DNA from: a virus | Length of the DNA stretch: 41,685 bases | Direction: 5' to 3' (one strand) | Virus record (IMG/VR): IMGVR_UViG_3300021254_000004 | Span: 1 to 41,685 of that record | In this document: in pieces, positions 1 through 5,385 of the stretch | How the letters are laid out: each line of letters begins with the position of its first letter | Position numbering within the stretch: the first letter of the stretch is position 1 | The notes under the pieces: generated by a model | What the model saw: only the letters and a program-made list of their open reading frames with translations | Database searches by the model: none | Told to the model about the DNA's origin: nothing | Program-made: the position numbers and the translations under genes

Positions 1-127
1 TTTTGTTTTGTTTGGTCTGTTGCTGACGCTTTTTGAATTCAGCTTGAGCTAGTTCAAAAGTCTCTTTATCTATGATTGCTTCGTGTAACCCTTCATAGAT
101 TTCACCTTTGAATTCTGTAACTCCCGT
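1..127. repeat. 127-bp terminal direct repeat identical to 41559..41685 (circular-assembly overlap)
   Basis: Bases 1-127 (ttttgttttgtttggtctg...aattctgtaactcccgt) recur exactly as the last 127 bases of the window. Confidence 0.95.
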
Positions 128-817
128 GTATATAATAGACGTCAAAATATGACTAATACGTTTGTAAGCCCACGGTTTGTCTCTTGTTACGTGTCCTTCG
201 TTGTTTAAGCCGTCTTTTATCCTAGAGATAGATTTTCCGGAAAGATATTCTTTGTAAATCCTCTTTATGATTAAAGCCTCGGAAGGGACGACGTCCATGC
301 TCTGAGTTTCTTTATTGTATCTGTAGCCGTAAGAAGTCAGATTCCACATCATAGACTTCCCTGACTTGGCTCGGCCATATCTTCCCATTTGCATACGCTC
401 TTTGATTTGTTCGCGCTCAAACTCAGCGATGGCCGATAACAAAGTCAAAAATAGGTTTCCCATAGCGGTTGAAGTGTCTATATTCTCTTGTAACGAAACG
501 AAACCGATATCATTCTCGTTAAAGATATCTCTGACTAAAAATAAAGTATCTTGAACGCTTCGAGAAAGCCTATCTAGTTTGTAAACTAAAACAGTGTCAA
601 ATTTGCCCGTTTTCGCGTCTGTGATAAGCTTTTGCATAGCAGGACGGTCTATTTTACCACCGCTAAAACCGGCGTCCGTATAGACGTTGTAAATGGCCCA
701 ATTCATCGCCTCGCAGTATTTTGTTAAGGCGTCTTGTTGTTGGCCGATAGAATAACCTTCGATAGCTTGGTGTAATGATGACACACGGACATAGATTGCT
801 ACTTTCTTGGTTTGCAT
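1..817 (-). CDS. int: large serine recombinase (integrase), N-terminal part; the ORF continues across the circular junction into 41558..40921
   Basis: Manual minus-strand translation from ATG 817..815, with SD GAGGT at 826-830. It reads MQTKKVAIYVRVSSLHQAIEGYSIGQQQDALTKYCEAMNWAIYNVYTDAGFSGGKIDRPAMQKLI...VLVYKLDRLSRS, a resolvase-type catalytic domain. The frame is open to the window edge. It is absent from the ORF track because it is edge-truncated. Confidence 0.9.
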   Translation of the reverse strand, partial: MQTKKVAIYVRVSSLHQAIEGYSIGQQQDALTKYCEAMNWAIYNVYTDAGFSGGKIDRPAMQKLITDAKTGKFDTVLVYKLDRLSRSVQDTLFLVRDIFNENDIGFVSLQENIDTSTAMGNLFLTLLSAIAEFEREQIKERMQMGRYGRAKSGKSMMWNLTSYGYRYNKETQSMDVVPSEALIIKRIYKEYLSGKSISRIKDGLNNEGHVTRDKPWAYKRISHILTSIIYTGVTEFKGEIYEGLHEAIIDKETFELAQAEFKKRQQQTKQNK

Positions 818-845
818 TGATTTATACCTCATTTCTTGTTAAAAT
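817..845 (+). promoter_or_regulatory. candidate sigma-A promoter TTGATT-17 nt-TAAAAT with TG extension (TGTTAAAAT), divergent from and overlapping the int start/SD
   Basis: -35 TTGATT at 817-822. Extended -10 TGTTAAAAT at 837-845. Spacer is 17 nt. Confidence 0.4.
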
Positions 846-851
846 GAGTAT

Positions 852-947
852 AGTAAAGAGCCCTACTAAAAGCAGGCTTTTTACTATACTACCAATTATT
901 AGCTCACGCTCTCCTCGTCCAAAATTTGAGCGTGGGCTTTTTATTTT
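852..947 (+). ncRNA. candidate ~95-nt small RNA, antisense to the leader between the 69-aa gene and int
   Basis: It lies downstream of the 817-845 promoter. A 16-bp hairpin (847-862 with 875-890, one mismatch) is followed by a plus-oriented intrinsic terminator. The terminator stem is 902-911 with 928-937, with a T-run at 938-947. No plus-strand ORF is present. Confidence 0.35.
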
Positions 948-1155
948 ACTTAAACAATTTTAAAATGTCAGATAGACCAAATGTAGTCTTATGATAAACC
1001 TTGTTGTAGGCTGCTTTTTTAGGATTTTTAACCCAGCCCATGCCCTTCTTCCCATATCCGGGAATAATAGCTTTTTTAGCTTGTCTTTTCCATTTAGCAG
1101 TAGTACGAGCTTTCAAACTCTTCTTTAAACTTGGTTTTCTAAATCCAACTTTCAT
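946..1155 (-). CDS. small, extremely basic protein (69 aa), unknown function
   Basis: ORF track. By my count it has 18 K plus 3 R and only 1 acidic residue. It starts 17 nt after the upstream gene. Its N-terminus MKVGFRKPSLKKSLK resembles an internal segment of the 190-aa neighbour. Confidence 0.65.
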   Translation of the reverse strand: MKVGFRKPSLKKSLKARTTAKWKRQAKKAIIPGYGKKGMGWVKNPKKAAYNKVYHKTTFGLSDILKLFK

Positions 1156-1172
1156 AGTTTAACCTCTGACGA

Positions 1173-1745
1173 TTATTTTTTAGTTTCAAAGACATTGCTA
1201 CAATTTAAGCAATGCCATTGTTTTTTGCCTTTTTTACCAGCAAAACCAGCGACAGCACCGACACCACCAGATAATACAGCGCCACCAAGTGCTTTACCGA
1301 CTGAAAATCCTTTTTTATCTTGTTGCATAAATTGCACATTTTTCGAACCGCATTTAGGACATTTGATAGCGTTCTTTTCAATTTTTGCTGCTTTTTTAAT
1401 AGCTGCAACTTCTTGAGTTGATTTTGCGCTGTTAGATATAACTTGAGACCATTTGCGATTTTGAATTTCCGCCGCTTTTTCAGGATTGTTCTTAGCAGCT
1501 AGAAATTCCCCAAAACTTTTTGATTTCATCAAAGTTTTAAAACCTACTTTAACAGGTTCGGCTGGTTCGCTTTGAATAGCAGTTTCAACCATTTCAGTGT
1601 TTTTTACTTCATCTTTTTCAGGCTCTTTTACTGATTCAAAGTCAACAACCTTTTCTTTTGTAGTTACAAGAGAGTAACCACATTCCGGACAGAATTTCAT
1701 ACCTTCTACGTGCGTTCCGCATTCCGGACAAAACTTCATCTTCAT
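1173..1745 (-). CDS. zinc-ribbon protein with a C-terminal LITAF-like membrane-inserted zinc knuckle (190 aa)
   Basis: The N-terminus is a double zinc ribbon, FCPECG...FCPECG. The C-terminus has CPKCGS, then the glycine-zipper hydrophobic stretch GGAVLSGGVGAVAGFAG, then WHCLNC. The SD AAGGAG fits the second ATG (1739) better. No terminator lies between it and cI. Confidence 0.7.
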   Translation of the reverse strand: MKMKFCPECGTHVEGMKFCPECGYSLVTTKEKVVDFESVKEPEKDEVKNTEMVETAIQSEPAEPVKVGFKTLMKSKSFGEFLAAKNNPEKAAEIQNRKWSQVISNSAKSTQEVAAIKKAAKIEKNAIKCPKCGSKNVQFMQQDKKGFSVGKALGGAVLSGGVGAVAGFAGKKGKKQWHCLNCSNVFETKK

Positions 1746-1793
1746 AGCTCCTTTATTTCAGCTTTTAACGTGATTCAGGATTTGCACGATTGA

Positions 1794-2600
1794 TTAGCGT
1801 TCTCTGTAGATATCAACAACTTCGCCGATTGTACGAATATCGTTTTCTTCAGAAAGTTGAATGTCATCATAATCTTTGTTAAGTGACTCTAAACGGTCGC
1901 TTTTTAGTTTTTTAACGTAGTTTTCACCATCGACTTTAAAAATACCGATTTTATTTAAATCAACTTGATTTTTCAATTTAATGAAAAGAAAATCGCCATT
2001 TTTGATTTTAGGCTCCATTGAATGACCGACGACAATTGCGATAGTGTCATATTCGCTTTCATCTGGGATTTCATCTTCGTAGAAATCTACCATAGTGTCG
2101 TAGTCATCTTCTTGCCAGTAGCCAGTACCAGCCGAAACCTTACCGGGAGCAGGCAAGCTCACACGCTTTCTAGTTTCGTATTCGGCACGTTTTTCGCAAA
2201 TATCAACGACTTTACCGTCTTCCTCTGCCAAAAGCTTCTCGGAAACCTGTACAAGCTTATCCTTGCGATTGTCGTTTAACTTATTATAGTTAGACAGTAG
2301 AATCGCTTGGCGAGGGTCAAAGTTGATTTTAGATGAAATTGTTTTTTTGGTAGCTTTAAAACGTGGGTCAATATCGGATTTTAGAACTCCGAAAAAATCA
2401 GCAATTTTTTCTACATTTCCCGGAATAGGAAGAGAAGTCCCTTTTACATATCCAGTAATAGTTGAAGGTGGGATTTTAGTCCCTCTTGCGATATCAACTT
2501 GTTTCTTATTTTGCTCGTTTAATAATCTGTTTATATTGCTAGAGATTATTTTCATATATTCGATATCTTGAGGCGTTAATTTTCCTCTTCCTCGTGCCAT
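1794..2600 (-). CDS. CI-like repressor: XRE-family HTH with a C-terminal S24 (LexA-like) autopeptidase domain
   Basis: The N-terminal HTH reads NKKQVDIARGTKIPPSTITGYVKG. The C-terminal segment GHSMEPKIKNGDFLF...VKKL supplies the Ser/Lys dyad. SD GAGGT is present. It is divergent from the lytic promoter. Confidence 0.9.
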   Translation of the reverse strand: MARGRGKLTPQDIEYMKIISSNINRLLNEQNKKQVDIARGTKIPPSTITGYVKGTSLPIPGNVEKIADFFGVLKSDIDPRFKATKKTISSKINFDPRQAILLSNYNKLNDNRKDKLVQVSEKLLAEEDGKVVDICEKRAEYETRKRVSLPAPGKVSAGTGYWQEDDYDTMVDFYEDEIPDESEYDTIAIVVGHSMEPKIKNGDFLFIKLKNQVDLNKIGIFKVDGENYVKKLKSDRLESLNKDYDDIQLSEENDIRTIGEVVDIYRER

Positions 2601-2631
2601 ATTGTACCTCGTTTCAATTTTTTCTAACTAT

Positions 2632-2660
2632 ATAATATCGTTTTAATTCGTATTTGTAAA
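2632..2660 (-). promoter_or_regulatory. candidate repressor-maintenance promoter (TTTACA-17-TATTAT on the minus strand)
   Basis: Plus-strand tgtaaa at 2655-2660 and ataata at 2632-2637, 17-nt spacer, about 30 nt upstream of the cI ATG. Confidence 0.5.
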
Positions 2661-2724
2661 TAAAAAAAGCATAAAAAATACGAATTTTTTCGTAAAAACT
2701 GTTGACATACGATTTAATTCGTAT
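2640..2724. promoter_or_regulatory. operator set: two 18-bp palindromes ATACGA-N6-TCGTA(T/A) plus a third half-site copy
   Basis: ATACGAtttaatTCGTAT at 2707-2724 lies inside the PR spacer. ATACGAatttttTCGTAa lies at 2678-2695. gttttaattcgtat at 2640-2653 matches 2711-2724 at 13 of 14 positions and lies inside the PRM spacer. Confidence 0.65.
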
Positions 2725-2730
2725 TATAAT
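2702..2730 (+). promoter_or_regulatory. consensus sigma-A early lytic promoter (PR-like)
   Basis: TTGACA at 2702-2707, 17-nt spacer, TATAAT at 2725-2730. Confidence 0.8.
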
Positions 2731-2780
2731 AAACTCGTAAGGTTGAGAAAGGCCTTAACAAAGCAAGGGGGGGTGAGCGT

Positions 2781-2936
2781 ATGAGACCCAAACGCTATCC
2801 GTATTGCGGAAATAAAAAACAAGCTGAATTGAATCAGCTTGCGGATAGAATGTTAACTGCTGAAGTTCAAATAAATCAGCTGGCGAGAGTTGTTTATCGA
2901 ACTTCAAGTCCGTCTGGTGTTTCAGAAACTTCATAA
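2781..2936 (+). CDS. possible 51-aa ORF in the PR leader (MRPKRYPYCGNKKQAELNQLADRMLTAEVQINQLARVVYRTSSPSGVSETS)
   Basis: Manual translation. A G-rich SD (ggggggtga) lies 4 nt upstream. Its 3' end overlaps the convergent 71-aa gene by 43 nt and it contains that gene's terminator. It is below the ORF-track cutoff. Confidence 0.3.
   Translation: MRPKRYPYCGNKKQAELNQLADRMLTAEVQINQLARVVYRTSSPSGVSETS
2811..2840 (-). terminator. minus-oriented intrinsic terminator of the 71-aa gene
   Basis: Stem AAGCTGA (2821-2827) with TCAGCTT (2834-2840). The plus-strand A-run at 2814-2819 gives a U-run on the minus strand. No U-run follows on the plus strand. Confidence 0.6.
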
Positions 2937-3109
2937 CCAGCAAGTTTACATTCGTCAATAATTTCTTGCTTATCCATAATGTATTCAGCAGGATTTACGA
3001 CAGCCCATTGAAATTGAGGGTCTTTGAATGTTCGTTGTAAATGTTCATCTAAATCTTCCCAAGTTTTCGTTGGAACTTTGCTAGTTGGTTTTGGTGTAAG
3101 TTTTCCCAT
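2894..3109 (-). CDS. hypothetical 71-aa protein, a stand-alone minus-strand unit inside the switch region
   Basis: ORF track. Strong SD (gaaAGGAGaagaatATG). It has its own terminator at 2811-2840 and a candidate promoter at 3145-3172. Confidence 0.65.
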   Translation of the reverse strand: MGKLTPKPTSKVPTKTWEDLDEHLQRTFKDPQFQWAVVNPAEYIMDKQEIIDECKLAGYEVSETPDGLEVR

Positions 3110-3144
3110 ATTCTTCTCCTTTCATTAAAGTTGCTAACAAAACT

Positions 3145-3172
3145 ACTATACTAAATCTTTTAAGATTTTAAA
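3145..3172 (-). promoter_or_regulatory. candidate promoter (TTTAAA-16-TATAGT) with the palindrome AAATCTT-TT-AAGATTT in its spacer
   Basis: Plus-strand actata at 3145-3150 and tttaaa at 3167-3172. A perfect 7-bp-arm palindrome lies at 3153-3168. Confidence 0.35.
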
Positions 3173-3199
3173 TCAGTCTAAAGACCGAGAGGAGCAGCA

Positions 3200-3355
3200 A
3201 TGAGAGAGGATTTAATCATCGAGGTAGCTGACAAGATTATCGAATCAAGCGAAACTTACGGAGAAGCGTTGAAACTATGCAAACGAGTAGAGCACGAAAT
3301 CGAATTGCGTGCTTATGAACAAAAAATAGAAAGGAGTAGGATATGCAAAAAATGA
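3200..3355 (+). CDS. hypothetical 51-aa protein (MREDLIIEVADKIIESSETYGEALKLCKRVEHEIELRAYEQKIERSRICKK)
   Basis: Manual translation. SD GAGGAG lies 6 nt upstream. Its end overlaps the next start (ATGCAAAAAATGA). Confidence 0.45.
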   Translation: MREDLIIEVADKIIESSETYGEALKLCKRVEHEIELRAYEQKIERSRICKK

Positions 3356-3576
3356 CGTTACGTGCCTTGCGTACGAATTACAGCTTATCAGCTAAAGAAG
3401 TAGCTGAAGAAATCGGAATCCATCATCAAACTTTGCTTAAATATGAGCACGACAGCACAAGAATTCCGGTGAATCTATTACGAAAACTTGCCGATTTCTA
3501 CGAAGTAGACCCTGATTTTATTTTTTTAGGGAAAAAATACGAATTAAATCGAAATAAACATTTGTCAGCAAGTTAG
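3343..3576 (+). CDS. Cro-like XRE-family HTH regulator (77 aa)
   Basis: HTH_3-type sequence LRTNYSLSAKEVAEEIGIHHQTLLKYEHD. SD AGGAG. It is the first HTH gene on the lytic side of the switch. Confidence 0.8.
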   Translation: MQKMTLRALRTNYSLSAKEVAEEIGIHHQTLLKYEHDSTRIPVNLLRKLADFYEVDPDFIFLGKKYELNRNKHLSAS

Positions 3577-3587
3577 AAAGGGGTTCT

Positions 3588-4331
3588 ATGAACGAATTAA
3601 TTAACGTTACTTTAAACGAAAATCAAGAGCCTGTTGTTTCAGGTCGTCAGCTTCATCAAGCTTTAGGAGTTAAAACAGCTTATAAAGATTGGTTCAAACG
3701 CATGACTGAATATGGTTTTACCGAATACGAAGATTTCAACCCGCTCAAATTTGAGCAGGTTCGAACGGAAGGCAAGAGAGAAGTAAAACGTGAAATGACT
3801 GACCACGTCCTAAAACTAGACATGGCAAAAGAAATCGCAATGATTCAACGTACCGACAAAGGTAAAGAGGTCCGCCAATATTTCATTCAGGTCGAAAAAG
3901 ACTTTAACAGTCCTGAGAAAATCATGGCACGAGCTCTTAAAATTGCTGACCGTAAAATCATTAAGCTCGAAGCGACAATTGAAGAGCAAAAGCCTAAAGT
4001 CATCTTTGCTAACGCAGTCAGCGCAAGTCATACGTCTATTTTAGTCGGTGATTTCGCTAAGCTCATGCGTCAAAACGGCCTTAATTTCGGTCAAAATCGC
4101 TTATTTTCGTGGTTGCGCCAAAATGGCTATCTTATTAACAGGAAAGGTAGCAGTTGGAACATGCCGACGCAAAAAGCGATGGATTTGGGTCTGTTTGAAA
4201 TCAAAGAAACGACTATCAATCATTCAGACGGTCATATCAGCATTAACAAGACGCCTAAAATTACAGGTAAAGGGCAATTGTATTTCGCTGATAAGTTGCT
4301 GAATGTTGACGACAACAAGAAACTTAGCTAA
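3588..4331 (+). CDS. phage antirepressor (AntA/ORF6N-type N-terminal domain plus KilAC/ANT C-terminal domain)
   Basis: The N-terminus VSGRQLHQALGVKTAYKDWFKRMTEYGF and the C-terminus PKVIFANAVSAS...LFSWLRQNGYLINRKG match my recollection of these families. Confidence 0.85.
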   Translation: MNELINVTLNENQEPVVSGRQLHQALGVKTAYKDWFKRMTEYGFTEYEDFNPLKFEQVRTEGKREVKREMTDHVLKLDMAKEIAMIQRTDKGKEVRQYFIQVEKDFNSPEKIMARALKIADRKIIKLEATIEEQKPKVIFANAVSASHTSILVGDFAKLMRQNGLNFGQNRLFSWLRQNGYLINRKGSSWNMPTQKAMDLGLFEIKETTINHSDGHISINKTPKITGKGQLYFADKLLNVDDNKKLS

Positions 4332-4341
4332 CTAACTGTTT

Positions 4342-4509
4342 TCAGGCTGGTTGATACGGCTCTAGTAGGTGATTACTCATAAATATCAATTTGACTATGT
4401 TTGATTTTCCTTTACCAATATAGATTTTTTAATCATTTACACGATAGTATCTCCTATTTATTTTTAACCGGCTGAAAAGTGCCTACTAGGGCCATACCAG
4501 CCAGTCTGA
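4342..4509. repeat. 168-bp element bounded by ~28-bp imperfect inverted repeats around an AT-rich core
   Basis: Arm 4342-4369 (tcaggctggttgatacggctctagtagg) pairs with arm 4482-4509 (cctactagggccataccagccagtctga). There are 2 mismatches and 3 G-T pairs. Confidence 0.7.
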
Positions 4510-4515
4510 GAGCAT

Positions 4516-4553
4516 AAAAAAAGCCCTTGGCTAACGGCAATTAGCTAGAGGGC
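4516..4553 (-). terminator. minus-oriented intrinsic terminator
   Basis: Minus strand reads GCCCTCTAGCTAattgccgtTAGCCAAGGGC followed by TTTTTTT, which is the plus-strand A-run at 4516-4522. Confidence 0.55.
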
Positions 4554-4574
4554 AAACATAAACATTACAAAGGT

Positions 4575-4603
4575 ATTTTAACATGAAACGAAAAAAAGAA
4601 CAA
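4575..4603 (-). promoter_or_regulatory. candidate minus-strand promoter TTGTTC-17-TAAAAT with TG extension (TGTTAAAAT)
   Basis: Plus-strand gaacaa at 4598-4603 and attttaaca at 4575-4583. With the 4516-4553 terminator it would give an RNA of about 50 nt. Confidence 0.35.
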
Positions 4604-4762
4604 TGGAAACCTAAAGTTACTAGTTATCGCGAAGTAACTGAGAACAATGAAACAAAGCTAGTTGAATTTGACCCAGCAGACTACACAATCCCAGCGGGCC
4701 ATCTAGTTTACAGAACACTTGTAGCAATCAATGAAACACGCTTAGAGGAGCGAACAGCATGA
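4583..4762 (+). CDS. possible 59-aa ORF (MKRKKEQWKPKVTSYREVTENNETKLVEFDPADYTIPAGHLVYRTLVAINETRLEERTA)
   Basis: Manual translation. The SD is weak. It is ATGA-coupled to the next micro-ORF. Confidence 0.35.
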   Translation: MKRKKEQWKPKVTSYREVTENNETKLVEFDPADYTIPAGHLVYRTLVAINETRLEERTA

Positions 4763-4854
4763 CATACATAATTATCACAACAATCATTTTAGCATTAACA
4801 GAAATCACTATCTTGCCATTTATTGGCCGCTACACAGACGATAAGGAGCAATAA
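4759..4854 (+). CDS. possible 31-aa hydrophobic micro-ORF (MTYIIITTIILALTEITILPFIGRYTDDKEQ)
   Basis: Manual translation. ATGA overlap with the previous ORF. Confidence 0.3.
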   Translation: MTYIIITTIILALTEITILPFIGRYTDDKEQ

Positions 4855-4858
4855 CATA

Positions 4859-5092
4859 ATGAAATTTTTCGGTAAAATCCACGACTTCTTCTTTCCTGAA
4901 AATGAAGAGGTTGAAGCAAAAGATTTTGTAAGATTCCCAAACGAAGCGGACCGCTACAGAGAAATCGCTGCTAAACTTAATCAACAATTGATTTTGAGTA
5001 ACAGAATGTGTAAAGACTTAAATCAAAGGGTTTTTGATTTAGAGAAAGAAAATAAATGTTTACGCGAAATGTTAGCAGAGGTTAAGAAATGA
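4859..5092 (+). CDS. hypothetical coiled-coil protein (77 aa from the internal ATG)
   Basis: The ORF-track frame starts at 4823. SD AAGGAG precedes ATG 4859 (MKFFGKIHDFF...). Confidence 0.6.
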   Translation: MKFFGKIHDFFFPENEEVEAKDFVRFPNEADRYREIAAKLNQQLILSNRMCKDLNQRVFDLEKENKCLREMLAEVKK

Positions 5093-5385
5093 AACGAGAA
5101 AATTTTGAACTTGAAGAAGACCATTGTTATGCCGTCGAGTGTGAAGATTGCGGCTATGTAGATGATGATTTCCACTTTACCGAAGAGAACATGGAATGGG
5201 AATTAGGGGATTATCGTTGTCAAAATTGCGGCGGAGACGTATTAATTATGACAATTCACGAGGGCGAAGAGTGCTCAAATTGCGGTCATACATTCGATAT
5301 GTGGGAAGACGCATATCGAGATGATTTTGAAGACGCTTTAATTTGTGAAGATTGCTATTTTGAATTAGACGAAGAGGACGATTGA
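5089..5385 (+). CDS. acidic Cys-rich protein with four CxxC pairs (two predicted zinc ribbons), 98 aa
   Basis: CEDCG, CQNCG, CSNCG and CEDCY motifs. Start overlaps the previous stop. Confidence 0.65.
   Translation: MKRENFELEEDHCYAVECEDCGYVDDDFHFTEENMEWELGDYRCQNCGGDVLIMTIHEGEECSNCGHTFDMWEDAYRDDFEDALICEDCYFELDEEDD

Noticed and set aside
1-127. The 127-bp terminal repeat as a genuine phage direct terminal repeat or an LTR-like feature
   Set aside because: The repeat cuts through the middle of the integrase ORF and restores it in frame when circularised. Its length equals a typical assembler k-mer. The terminase and portal set is pac/headful type. It is most simply an assembly overlap.
847-890. 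The 16-bp-arm hairpin upstream of int as the attP site
   Set aside because: Placing attP here would separate int from the rest of the lysogeny module in the prophage. The hairpin also sits directly downstream of a good plus-strand promoter and upstream of a plus-strand terminator, so it is better explained as part of a small RNA. It is kept only as an alternative under the attP finding.
1195-1416. Antisense or overlapping track ORFs inside real genes. Examples: 1195-1416(+), 1205-1408(-), 2022-2571(+), 5562-5876(-), 6572-6943(-), 7377-7782(-), 22556-22996(-), 22719-23033(+), 27017-27463(-), 33711-34070(-) and 35190-36224(-).
   Set aside because: They lie entirely within longer ORFs that have recognisable products and lack SD sequences. 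Their low-complexity compositions are typical of shadow frames.
4395-4436. 13-codon minus-strand ORF (MIKKSILVKENQT) inside the inverted-repeat element
   Set aside because: It is too short, has no distinctive composition and no supporting promoter. It probably arises by chance in AT-rich DNA.
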